This document shows positions 17,157 to 26,150 of a DNA stretch of 64,000 bases, piece after piece. Each line of letters opens with the position of its first letter. The stretch's first letter is position 1. Below the pieces are notes generated by a model that saw only the letters and a list, made by a program, of their open reading frames with translations, did no database searches and had not been told where the DNA came from. The position numbers were made by a program, and so were the translations under genes. The stretch lies in NCBI GenBank assembly GCA_002327925.1, contig DCVA01000043.1, positions 5,948 through 69,947 on the forward strand, in the 5' to 3' direction. The DNA is from Anaerolineales bacterium UBA2200 (GTDB lineage Bacteria > Chloroflexota > Anaerolineae > UBA2200).

Positions 17157-18166
17157 TGCCGGGAGGCGAACGCCCGTGCTTGAACGCTGCGCCCGAACTG
17201 GAGAGGGGAGGACCGGTGATCAGGGCAAGGATTCGTGACTTTCGTCGTTCCGATGCTCCCCGCCTGGCTCCGCTCGTCTATGCCTGCAACCGCGTCGACG
17301 GTTGGGCCTTCCGCGAGACGGTGGAGATCCTGACGCCCGACCAGGCCGACCCGAGTGTTCCGCCAGAGCAATACTGGCTCGTTGCGGAGAGCGGAGGGAA
17401 GCTGGTTGGCCTGGCCGGTCTGGGGCGGGAGACAGGCACCCGGCTGTACGCGCTGCTATGGGTGGCTCCCGATTGTCGGGGGGGACCCATTGAGGTGGAG
17501 CTGATTGAGGGCCTGTGCTCGAAGGCGAAGGGTCTCCCAGAACCCTATCTGGATGTTGCCGTCCGTCCCACTCAGTCGACCTACGCCGCCGCACTGGAAA
17601 GCGGGCAGGCTTTTACCGTGGTGCGCACATGGTACGTGATGCGCATCGAGCTGGATAGGGACCTGCCGCCGCCCTTCTATCCGCGGGGAGTGACCGTTCG
17701 TTCCTTTGCCGGCGCCCAGGATGAAGCGATGCTCACCACGCTGATCCACGACTGCTTCTGGGATCACTGGGGCGAAGGAACGCACACTCTTGAAGACACC
17801 CGTTACGGCGTGCAACTGCCCGGCTTCGACCCTCAATTGCTGCTGGTGGCCGAGCGTGACCGGCAGCCCCTGGGGTACGTCTGGAGCTGGACCAACGAGC
17901 CCCGCACGGCGGTGGCAGGCCGAAGTTGTGCCTACATAGGAGACCTTGGCGTTCGTGCCGCGTTTCGACGGCAGGGCCTGGGAAGGGCGCTGCTGTTGCA
18001 GTCGTTGCGTGATTTGAAGGCGCGAGGCATGGGCGCGGCAGAACTGGACATGGACGGTCCAAACGAAAACGCCAGGCGCCTGTACGAGTCGGTAGGGTTC
18101 TACCCCTATCAAGAGGTGCGCTGGTACCGCAGAGAGCTTCGCGACGAGACCGAGGGCAAGAAGTAG
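17153..18166 (+). CDS. Tandem GNAT N-acetyltransferase (MshD-like)
   Basis: YIGDLGVRAAFRRQGLGRALL and N.NARRLYESVGF. The N-terminal GNAT half is degenerate. Confidence 0.88.
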   Translation: MMPGGERPCLNAAPELERGGPVIRARIRDFRRSDAPRLAPLVYACNRVDGWAFRETVEILTPDQADPSVPPEQYWLVAESGGKLVGLAGLGRETGTRLYALLWVAPDCRGGPIEVELIEGLCSKAKGLPEPYLDVAVRPTQSTYAAALESGQAFTVVRTWYVMRIELDRDLPPPFYPRGVTVRSFAGAQDEAMLTTLIHDCFWDHWGEGTHTLEDTRYGVQLPGFDPQLLLVAERDRQPLGYVWSWTNEPRTAVAGRSCAYIGDLGVRAAFRRQGLGRALLLQSLRDLKARGMGAAELDMDGPNENARRLYESVGFYPYQEVRWYRRELRDETEGKK

Positions 18167-18213
18167 TTGCCACAGCATGCCCGGAGCGTGCTGGCGGATC
18201 TAGGCGCGCGTCG

Positions 18214-19737
18214 CTATTCCTCGAGGATCCATTGGGTGTACAGCTCATCCAGTTCCTGGCCCGACACCTGCTCAAAGACACGCAGCCAATCTTCCGGCGT
18301 AGATAGCTGGTACTTGCGGTCGACCAGATACGCGCGCATGGCGTCGAGGAACACCGTGTCTCCAAGTTCTGCCCGCACGTCCTGGAAGAACAGCGCCGCC
18401 TTGCCGTAGACGATGGCGCTGTACATTTCCGGACTGAAAGCCTCCACCGGCTGGTTGACGACCGCGTCCTGTCCGCTCTCGCGCAGCCGAACGTAGCGGC
18501 TGGCCACATAGTTGTCGAAGGCCAGCCTGGCCCGGTCTGAGCCGTACACGTACTCGTAATAGTACAGAGTGCTAAAGTTGGTCAGCCCTTCATCGAGCCA
18601 TGGCACAGTCACCTGGTCGTTGCCTACCAGGCTGTACCACCACTGGTGCGCTACCTCGTGCGCCGTGATGAATTCCAGATACTCACCTGCTGCCTCATAC
18701 TGCCGCGTGTCAATGAGTATCAGACCCGGGTACTCCATTCCTCCAGACACGGGTGCCTCGACCACGTCGAATTCCGCGAACGGGTAGGGGCCGAAGCTTT
18801 CCTGGTATGCCCGTAGACTATCGCGGGCGAAAGCGAGCATGGCGACGCCCGCGTCGCGATGCTGGGGCAGGAAGTAGGAGTTGACCCGGACATGACCCAG
18901 AGCGAGGGAAACAGATTCGAATCTCTCGCTGGCCACAAGCATCCAATCGCGCATCGGGCCGCTGACGAATTTCCAGGTGACCGTTCCGTCGCTGTTCTCT
19001 ACTCTGGAGATGCCAGAGCCGGAAGCCACGAGTTTGAGGTCTGTCGGCGCAGTGAACTCAACGCTGTAGAAGCTGGTTTCGGCGTAGACAGGGTCGCCGT
19101 AATCGGGCGCCAGGGCGAGATTCCATCCATCTGCCTCGTGGACCGCTACCATAGCGTAAAAGTTGGAGAGGAGCAGGATTCCATCCTGGTAGTTGTAGGT
19201 GCCATAGCCGCGTGCGTTTTCCACCGGCACAGTCACGTTGTACAGCATTTCGACGTCCACAGCTTCCCCCGCGCGCAGCGCCGTGGGCAGAATGATGCCG
19301 ACTGCCGTGCGCTCGGACTGGTAGTCCAGAGCTGCCTCCTGGCCGGCCACGGTCACACTGCCGAAGGCGAGCTCCGAGCCAAAACTAGGCTTGTTGGCAA
19401 AGAGTCGAAAGTAGACGCGATCCAGCGTCTGGGTGCTGCGGTTTGTGTAGCGCGTGGTCTGTTGCACCTGCAGGCGTGGCTGTGAAGCCCCCAGAAACAG
19501 GCGGGCGCGGATGTAATAGAAGGGAGGATCCGAGACGGCTATGACATCATCCGCCCATGCCGGCAGCATGGCCAGCCGGTAGGTGTCCGGTTGCTGCCAG
19601 GCCGGGGTGGGCGCTGGCATCTCTGTAGCGGTTGGGGTGGGAGTTGTTCTGGAGAGCACGGGGAGCCGGTCGCACGCTGGCGCGGCAAGACTCACCACGA
19701 GACAAAGTGCGAGCAATCGTTTCCTAGAGATCAGCAT
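18214..19737 (-). CDS. M1-family zinc aminopeptidase lipoprotein
   Basis: GGMEYPG, HEVAH-x18-E (WLDEG) and YGKAALFF. Lipobox LAAPAC followed by a PT-rich linker. Confidence 0.92.
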   Translation of the reverse strand: MLISRKRLLALCLVVSLAAPACDRLPVLSRTTPTPTATEMPAPTPAWQQPDTYRLAMLPAWADDVIAVSDPPFYYIRARLFLGASQPRLQVQQTTRYTNRSTQTLDRVYFRLFANKPSFGSELAFGSVTVAGQEAALDYQSERTAVGIILPTALRAGEAVDVEMLYNVTVPVENARGYGTYNYQDGILLLSNFYAMVAVHEADGWNLALAPDYGDPVYAETSFYSVEFTAPTDLKLVASGSGISRVENSDGTVTWKFVSGPMRDWMLVASERFESVSLALGHVRVNSYFLPQHRDAGVAMLAFARDSLRAYQESFGPYPFAEFDVVEAPVSGGMEYPGLILIDTRQYEAAGEYLEFITAHEVAHQWWYSLVGNDQVTVPWLDEGLTNFSTLYYYEYVYGSDRARLAFDNYVASRYVRLRESGQDAVVNQPVEAFSPEMYSAIVYGKAALFFQDVRAELGDTVFLDAMRAYLVDRKYQLSTPEDWLRVFEQVSGQELDELYTQWILEE

Positions 19738-19744
19738 GGGCGGC

Positions 19745-19773
19745 ATTATACGGATCGCCGGGGGGTGACGCAA
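19745..19773 (-). promoter_or_regulatory. Promoter TTGCGT-17-TATAAT; the predicted start coincides with ATG 19737 (leaderless)
   Basis: TATAAT lies 7 nt before the ATG and there is no SD. Confidence 0.6.
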
Positions 19774-19856
19774 GGGCAGTGAGCAGCGAAGGACTCCGGA
19801 CGGCGGTCCGGAGTCCTCGTCTGAGCTGGGCTGATTGGAGAGGCCTTGCAGATGAC

Positions 19857-21674
19857 CTATTGCACCGTGTGTTGCAGGCTGGCGACCACATCAGGCGTCT
19901 GGTCTGTGGCGTCGTGCTGGGCCATATAGCTCTTGACCAGCTCCGTATCGTCCCTGGCCAGGTCCATCGTCGAGCGGTAGGAGAGACTCTGGAAGAGCAC
20001 CTCGGCAGCCACCAGGAAGGGACCGCTGTGGCCCGTGACATTCACCCTGTAGGTCACCTGGTCAGACCCGCTATCGAAATTGGCGTCCGTGAACGCGCTG
20101 CCCATAACGGCAAAGTCCTTGCCGGCGGTGGCCTTGTCAAAGCCGGCGGGTAGTAGCCGGTTGTCCTTGACGTAGGACTGGCCGCGAAGCAGGGTGTAGG
20201 TCACCTGCTTCTCGCTATCGATCATCACCGACTCGTAGACCTGCACCTGGTCCTGGCCGGTGATCATGTCATAGTGTGCCTCGTAGGCGGAGGCGTCCTG
20301 GTCCGCGTCACAACCAGCGATACTGCCATCAGGCTGAGGCTTGCCCGATTCGAAGACAATGTTGCCTTTGCCGTCGGCCACGGTCAGATGGATCCAGGCT
20401 CTCCGGAGAGGGATTCCAGTGGGGAACTTGTGCCCAACCATCGAGTCGAGCTGCAGGCGGACGGAGAGCGCATCTCCTGCCAGGGCGGACTCTGCCACGG
20501 AGAGACTCAGTGTCCTATTGCCCAGCTGGTTCACTACTCTCTGCAGGGTTCCTTCCAGTTGCGCCTCAGAGCAGGTCAGCGAGAGTTGGTCGACATTATC
20601 CTGCAGCAACCGGATCATGAACGCATTGCCGCCGACAAAATGGTGCTCGGCAAAGGGCTGACGAGCGCTGATTCTGGGGGGCTTGGGCGAATTTGCGATC
20701 AGCACCTCGCCAAGTGCGTCAGGCATGTGGCACTTCTGGCAGACCATCCCCATGTCGCCATAGGCGCTGTGTTGCCATTCCAGGTAGGCTGTCTGCTCCG
20801 GGAACTCACCAGCCACGTTTCCTGCTGCGTCGAGGTAAGGGGTGTAGAGGGTGTGGCAGCTGGCGCACAGGCCGGCATCCAGCGTCTGCAGGCCAGGCGC
20901 TGGAGTGAAGCCGACGGAGCGGCGCATGGTGTCCTGGAACATATCCGGGAAGGGTCCGTAGGACATTCGGTCCGGCGGCTCGCTGGAGGTGTTGATCACA
21001 AAGTTGCCGCTGAATGACTCGGTTGTGCCCAGCCTGTCCTTCTCAATCTGATGGCATACGTTGCACGAGACGCCATCCATGGCCGCCTGGTGCAACTCAT
21101 TGTCCGCGCTCAAAAAGCCCGCATCAAGAATCGCTGTCGACGAGCCGCTCAAAGCAGCTTCCGTGAAGGCCATTGGCATGTGACACACGCTGCACTTGTC
21201 CTCGATCACCTGTTTGAGTGCAGGCGCGCGCTCCACTTCGGAGCTCACCTTGGCCAGATACACAGGGTCATGAGCCGCGTTGGCCATCATCACGGAGCGC
21301 CAGTGAACGTCGATGGAGACGTCGTTTCCTGCTGCGTCGGTCAGACGCGTATGGCAGATGCCGCAGGTGCCCGAACCGGTGAAATCAGCTCTCGTGAACA
21401 TGGTCAGCGGCTTGCCCTTGCTGCCCGCCTGAGTGGGGACGGCGGTGGGTGGCACGGCAGTGGGTGGCACCTGCGTGGGCGGGACGGCGGTGGCTGGCAC
21501 CTCAGTGGGAGGCGCCTCGGTAAGCGTGGGAGGCACCGCAGTTGGCCTCGGGGGCACAGCGGTCGCTGTGGGGGTGGGGCCCGAGCAGGACGCAATGAGA
21601 GCGGCGCCTGGCAGCACGACGAGGATCAACAGGCCTATCAGAAGGTAGGTCCGACTGAGCGATTGGGTCTTCAT
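19857..21674 (-). CDS. Pentaheme c-type cytochrome lipoprotein (cytochrome c554/c552-like multiheme domain plus a beta-rich C-terminus)
   Basis: Five CxxCH motifs: CGICH, CSVCH, CNVCH, CASCH and CQKCH. Lipobox LIASC. SD AGGAG before ATG 21674. Confidence 0.9.
   Translation of the reverse strand: MKTQSLSRTYLLIGLLILVVLPGAALIASCSGPTPTATAVPPRPTAVPPTLTEAPPTEVPATAVPPTQVPPTAVPPTAVPTQAGSKGKPLTMFTRADFTGSGTCGICHTRLTDAAGNDVSIDVHWRSVMMANAAHDPVYLAKVSSEVERAPALKQVIEDKCSVCHMPMAFTEAALSGSSTAILDAGFLSADNELHQAAMDGVSCNVCHQIEKDRLGTTESFSGNFVINTSSEPPDRMSYGPFPDMFQDTMRRSVGFTPAPGLQTLDAGLCASCHTLYTPYLDAAGNVAGEFPEQTAYLEWQHSAYGDMGMVCQKCHMPDALGEVLIANSPKPPRISARQPFAEHHFVGGNAFMIRLLQDNVDQLSLTCSEAQLEGTLQRVVNQLGNRTLSLSVAESALAGDALSVRLQLDSMVGHKFPTGIPLRRAWIHLTVADGKGNIVFESGKPQPDGSIAGCDADQDASAYEAHYDMITGQDQVQVYESVMIDSEKQVTYTLLRGQSYVKDNRLLPAGFDKATAGKDFAVMGSAFTDANFDSGSDQVTYRVNVTGHSGPFLVAAEVLFQSLSYRSTMDLARDDTELVKSYMAQHDATDQTPDVVASLQHTVQ
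21430..21580 (-). repeat. Degenerate 15-nt tandem repeat encoding a PTAVP-type Pro/Thr linker
   Basis: The translation PTAVPPTLTEAPPTEVPATAVPPTQVPPTAVPPTAVPT sits between the lipobox and the heme domain. Confidence 0.8.
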
Positions 21675-21762
21675 TGGCTCTCCTTCACCTCGGATGTGAG
21701 ATGACCACTCACGGCAATTATAGGACAGGTGGGCGGCGTTGGCAAGAGCCTGGTGCCATTCC

Positions 21763-22182
21763 TCAGCGGGCGCTGGATACCGCCTGCGCCACGGCCGCCG
21801 CATTGGGAACGCCCGTTTGTGCATAGACTTCGTGACCCTGGACGTTCAGTACCAGCGTGGTGGGTGTTGCGCGGATGCCGTATCGGCGCACGACGTCAAG
21901 GCCCGTTGCCGTTGCCGCGTTGATGCGAATGACGGCGGCCTGACCTTGCAGCTGACTTTCGATCCTGTCCACGACAGGCTTGGCGATGAGGCAGGACGGT
22001 CAGCCGTTGGAGAAGAAATAGACCACCGTCGGCTGTCCCGTGGCGATCAGTCGGTCAAAGTCCTCGGCTGATGCGAGTGGGGTGCCTTCGCTTCGAAGCA
22101 TCAGCCAGGCCAGCGGCAGCCCGATCACGATCAAAAGGGAGATCCAGTTCTCTCTGGCAAAGCGCAGCAATCTGTCAGCCAT
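21763..22182 (-). CDS. Membrane-anchored thioredoxin-like protein with in-frame TGA: putative selenoprotein (U-P-S-C)
   Basis: Track ORFs 22000-22206 and 21763-21972 are in one frame. Read through, it gives TVVYFFSNG-U-PSCLIAKPVVDRI...YGIRATPT, a UxxC plus cis-Pro motif. A CCTGTC-GTG-GACAGG hairpin lies 21 nt after the TGA. Confidence 0.85.
21964..21978 (-). promoter_or_regulatory. Putative bacterial SECIS hairpin of the Trx-like selenoprotein
   Basis: Perfect 6-bp stem with a GUG loop downstream of the in-frame UGA (22000-22002). Confidence 0.55.
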
Positions 22183-22253
22183 GAGTTCCAAGCATTCTCC
22201 TTTCACAGAAAACTACGTGATGACAAACACGAGCGAGTCGCCACGGCAACGGT

Positions 22254-23399
22254 CTACTCGCCGCCCAGCTGCTCGTCAATCTTGACCATCCAGTCGGCAA
22301 TGGGGATCTTCTGCGGGCAGAGCTCCTCGCACTTGTGGCACTGGATGCAGGCAGCTGCGCGCGTGTCCTCGCCGGGTCGACGCGGCTCATTGTAGCTCTT
22401 GCGTGCCTTCTCCATCTGGTTGTCCACGATGGCCCGGTTGTACAGGTCCAAATTGAAGGGGATCCACACCCCATTGGGGCAGGGCATGCAGTAGCGGCAG
22501 TCGGTACAGGGAATGGGGAAGAGACTGCGATACCTGGTCCGTGCCTCCTCGATCAACGCCAGGTCCTGTTTCGGCAGAGTACCTGGCCCCGAGTTGTCCG
22601 CACTGGCCAGGTTTTCTACTACCTGGGCCATGGTCGTCATTCCACTCAGGGCCAGGGACACTTCCGGCTGGTTCCAGACCCACTGCAGCGCCCAGTCAGC
22701 CTGTGAGCGTGACGTAGTTGCGCGTTCGAAGGCCTCCGCAATCTTGGCCGGAAGGTTAGCCAGTCTGCCTCCGCGTATAGGCTCCATCACGACCACGGGA
22801 ATGCCCCGCGACGAGGCGTACAACAAACCCTGGCGGCCAGCCTGGATGTCCTGATCGACATAGTTGTACTGAATCTGGCAGGGGCACCAGCCGGCATAGG
22901 CGTCGATGATCTCCTTGAAGACGTCGAATTTGTCGTGGAACGAGAATCCGAAATGACGGATCTTGCCCCGCGCCATGGCGCCCTCAGCCCAGCGCAATAT
23001 CCCCAGGTCCCGCATTTTGGGCCACTCGCGAGCGCTCAGGGCGTGAAGCAGGTAGAAGTCGACATGGTCCGTTTGCAGTCTCTGCAATTGTTCGTCCAGC
23101 AGGCGTTCCGGGTCCTCGGCCTTGTCGACCAGCCAGCACGGCAGCTTGGTCGTCAAGTGCACCCGGTCACGGTACCCGCCCTGCAGGGCACTGCCCAGCC
23201 ACTTCTCGCTGTTCCCGCCGTGGTATCCATAGGCCGTGTCAACATAGTTCACACCCTGATCGATGGCAAAGCGCAGGATGCGTGTGGCCTCCGGCTCATC
23301 GATGGCCGTCGAGTCGCTGCCGATGGTAGGAAGCCGCATGCAGCCAAATCCGAGCGCGGAAACCTGAATGTCGTATCTGCCGAATGGACGGTACTTCAT
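22254..23399 (-). CDS. Aldo/keto reductase with a C-terminal 4Fe-4S dicluster domain (COG1453-like)
   Basis: LGFGCMRLP, YVDTAYGYHGG.SE, QIQYNY and VMEPIRGGRL, plus CTDCRYCMPCP and CIQCHKCEELCP. Confidence 0.93.
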   Translation of the reverse strand: MKYRPFGRYDIQVSALGFGCMRLPTIGSDSTAIDEPEATRILRFAIDQGVNYVDTAYGYHGGNSEKWLGSALQGGYRDRVHLTTKLPCWLVDKAEDPERLLDEQLQRLQTDHVDFYLLHALSAREWPKMRDLGILRWAEGAMARGKIRHFGFSFHDKFDVFKEIIDAYAGWCPCQIQYNYVDQDIQAGRQGLLYASSRGIPVVVMEPIRGGRLANLPAKIAEAFERATTSRSQADWALQWVWNQPEVSLALSGMTTMAQVVENLASADNSGPGTLPKQDLALIEEARTRYRSLFPIPCTDCRYCMPCPNGVWIPFNLDLYNRAIVDNQMEKARKSYNEPRRPGEDTRAAACIQCHKCEELCPQKIPIADWMVKIDEQLGGE

Positions 23400-23499
23400 C
23401 GATATCCCCCCAGTCGTTTGCCCTGTTCCACGGCGAGGTATGCCTTCCCCTCAGACGGGCCCCGCCGACATAACGAAGAACTAAACACAGTAGAGATTG

Positions 23500-24561
23500 C
23501 TAAGGTCCTCCGAGAAAAGAGCGGCCGGTCGGAACCTGCAAGCGCATCGCCACTCGGAGCACGGCGCTCCCAAGGTCCGGGTAGCGGTAACGGTTCGCCT
23601 CCACAAGCGCGGCAACCGTGATGCCATGGGCCGCAGCGATTCGGCCCAGACTGTCGCCCGGCTGGACGACATAAAGCACCGAACCCCGCCTTGTCCGCGG
23701 ATGGAGGTGGCTCGTTGCGGGAACGGTCGAGTAACGCTCCATCATGGACCGAAAATCGGCTCCCTGGTGAAGCTCTGCGTGATATCGCGGAACAGCGGCC
23801 AACTGCTCCAGCCTCTGCACGGCACCGCCCTCGCCGTAGGTAATCAGTGCAGGATACAGAGCCGCGGCATCTTCTTTGTAGTTCACCGCGTTGAACGGCC
23901 AAACGTAGCCGACGGGATCGATCCCGCAGTGCTGGCGGATCGCCTCTTTGGAGTCGGCGAACTCGTGCAAGGCCTGCTCCCTGGTCAGACCGCCGTCTCG
24001 CCCGACCATCTGGTAGTTGTGCGAGACAGAGTGGGAGGCGAGCTCGTAGCCCAGGCTCTGCAGAAAGCGGATCTTGCGCCAATCCCACCCGCTCGCTTCC
24101 TCAGGGATGTCCCCAGTCACTACACCCAGGACCGCCTGGAAACCGTAGCGGCGAAACTCAGGGTACATCTGGAGCCAGAAAGTGGCGTAGGGACCGGCGA
24201 GGTTGCCTTCCCGGTCGCAGCACGCCTTGGCAGCGCCTATGTCGTCTACCGACAGAATCACTCGTCCCTGCGGCGTGGTCCCGTTCTCCAGGTGCCAGAT
24301 AAGCGCTCGGAAGGAAATGGTCCGCATCTTGAGCTGGTGAAGAATGTGCATCTGCTGGCGAAAGGCCTCGACCGTCCAGTCGTCGGTGAAGACAGGGTGA
24401 TAGGCCAGCACGGGAACGCCGCTCCAGACGGCAGCGTTGGCTCCGACCGGGCATATGGCCTGGATGGCGAGGCTCGCACCGAGGGTGGCCGTCCAGCGCA
24501 GGAACGAACGCCTCGAGAGCAGCCTGAGTTTGCCTGCCGCGGGATGGTCAGGCACCGTCAC
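23500..24561 (-). CDS. Tat-exported polysaccharide deacetylase (CE4/NodB-like) with a C-terminal LysM domain
   Basis: Twin-arginine SRRSFL, LSVDD, ELASHSVSH and YVWPF. LysM YVVQPGDSLGRIAAAHGITVAALVEAN. Confidence 0.85.
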   Translation of the reverse strand: MTVPDHPAAGKLRLLSRRSFLRWTATLGASLAIQAICPVGANAAVWSGVPVLAYHPVFTDDWTVEAFRQQMHILHQLKMRTISFRALIWHLENGTTPQGRVILSVDDIGAAKACCDREGNLAGPYATFWLQMYPEFRRYGFQAVLGVVTGDIPEEASGWDWRKIRFLQSLGYELASHSVSHNYQMVGRDGGLTREQALHEFADSKEAIRQHCGIDPVGYVWPFNAVNYKEDAAALYPALITYGEGGAVQRLEQLAAVPRYHAELHQGADFRSMMERYSTVPATSHLHPRTRRGSVLYVVQPGDSLGRIAAAHGITVAALVEANRYRYPDLGSAVLRVAMRLQVPTGRSFLGGP

Positions 24562-24567
24562 GTCACA

Positions 24568-25986
24568 TCACGCGTCAAAGTAGAGTTCCATCTCGTAGGG
24601 GTGAGGTCGATTGCGTACTGCGTAATGCTCCTCGAACTTGACCTTGCTCCATTCGGCAATCTGCCCCTCATCAAAGACCGACCCTGCCAGTAGGAACTCG
24701 TGGTCACGTTCGAGCGCTTCCAAAGCCTCTTGAAGGGAGCGTGGCAGCGGCTTGATCGCTTTGCGCTGTTCCTCGCTCCAGGCAAAGATGTTCTGGTCGA
24801 TGGGCCCGTAGCCGAGGTCCCGGGGGTCCATCTGCTGGCGAATGCCGTCCAAACCTGCCATGAGCTGTGCGGCCAGAGTGAGGTAGATGTTGCCTGTGGC
24901 GTCTGGCGGACGGAATTCGATGCGGGCCGTGTCCGGTTGGTCTGCGTACTTGGGCACGCGCACAGCGGCGCTGCGGTTGCCCAGACTGAAGAAGGCATTG
25001 ACCGGCGCCTCATAACCCGGAACCAGGCGACGGTACGAGTTGGTGGACGGATTGGTCAGGGCCAGCACTGAGGCGCCGTGGTGCAATAGTCCTCCAATGT
25101 ACCAGAGGGCCGCCTGGCTCAACTTGCCGTAGCCATCAGCGGCGTAGAAGACGTTGCGGCCTTGTTTGAACAGATGCTGGTGGAAATGCATGCCGCTTCC
25201 GGCCTCCCCGAAGAGTGGCTTGGGCATGAAGGTCGCCGTCTGGCCGCGTCGATGAGCCGCCATTTTGGCGACGTACTTGACCATCTGTGTGACATCCCCG
25301 GATCGCAAGAGGCCCATCATGGGAGTCTCTATCTCGCACTGGCCCGGTCCGCCGACTTCGTGATGGTGGTATTTGACCTCCACTCCGAGGTCACTCAGCA
25401 GGATCGAAATCTCGCTGCGGAGGTTATACAGTTGATCCTTTGGGGGAATCACATGATATCCGCCGTGACGTGGGATCAGGTGTCCGTGCCCACCTCGACT
25501 GCTTTGCCAGTCGGCCTCGCAGCTCTCCACTCGGTAGGAAGATGTATTGATCTCATTCTCAAAAGCGACTTGGTCAAAGACGTAGAACTCGAATTCCGGG
25601 CCCCAGCGACTCTCATCGGCGACACCCATCTCTCGCATATACTCCTCCGCGCGGAGGGCGATGTTGCGCGGATCACGGGCAAATGGCCGCTTGGTGTCGG
25701 CTTCGTAGGCTGAGGCGATGAAGCTCAGGGTCGTTCGCTCCCAAAAGGGATCGACAAACGCGGTTACCAGGTCAGGCAGAAGGATCATATCCCCCGCCTT
25801 CAGCGGCTTGAGCCCGAGAGCCGACGCGTCAAACCCGACCCCGTCACGCATCAGCGAATCATTGAACTGGCTGGCAGGCAGGGTGACGTGGTGCCAGCGC
25901 CCGGCAAGGTCGCTGAATTTGAGGTCGATCATGACGACCCGGGTTTCTTGAATATAGGATTGGGCTTCTTGCCAGTCCTTGAACAT
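24568..25986 (-). CDS. glnA: Glutamine synthetase type I
   Basis: FDASALG, GPEFEFYVFD, HHHEVGGPGQCEI, FMPKPLFGEAGSGMHFHQ, YRRLVPGYEAP, NRSAAVRVP, RIEFRPPD and PHPYEMELYF. SD GGGGAGGAG before ATG 25986. Confidence 0.97.
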   Translation of the reverse strand: MFKDWQEAQSYIQETRVVMIDLKFSDLAGRWHHVTLPASQFNDSLMRDGVGFDASALGLKPLKAGDMILLPDLVTAFVDPFWERTTLSFIASAYEADTKRPFARDPRNIALRAEEYMREMGVADESRWGPEFEFYVFDQVAFENEINTSSYRVESCEADWQSSRGGHGHLIPRHGGYHVIPPKDQLYNLRSEISILLSDLGVEVKYHHHEVGGPGQCEIETPMMGLLRSGDVTQMVKYVAKMAAHRRGQTATFMPKPLFGEAGSGMHFHQHLFKQGRNVFYAADGYGKLSQAALWYIGGLLHHGASVLALTNPSTNSYRRLVPGYEAPVNAFFSLGNRSAAVRVPKYADQPDTARIEFRPPDATGNIYLTLAAQLMAGLDGIRQQMDPRDLGYGPIDQNIFAWSEEQRKAIKPLPRSLQEALEALERDHEFLLAGSVFDEGQIAEWSKVKFEEHYAVRNRPHPYEMELYFDA

Positions 25987-26150
25987 CTCTCCTCCCCAAC
26001 TTCGTCGTTGAGCCGCACAACATCCCGGCGGAACTTGCGGTATTCTACCCGAGCTGGCTGACCCCTGCAAACAAGAGTCTCGAGTGCCCATTTCGCCAGT
26101 GATGGGAACGGAGTATAATAGCGACCATCTGTGCTCGGATTGGAGGACAA

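Noticed and set aside
21430-21580. Tandem repeats as a CRISPR or VNTR element
   Set aside because: They are degenerate in-frame codon repeats for a Pro/Thr linker, with no spacers and no cas genes.
23497-24693. 398-aa plus-strand ORF
   Set aside because: Antisense to the deacetylase-LysM gene and glnA, with no motifs.
25987-26070. Glutamine (glnA) riboswitch in the glnA leader
   Set aside because: The leader is short (about 50 nt after a TTGCAG-17-TAGAAT promoter) and I could not build the three-stem junction with its conserved residues.
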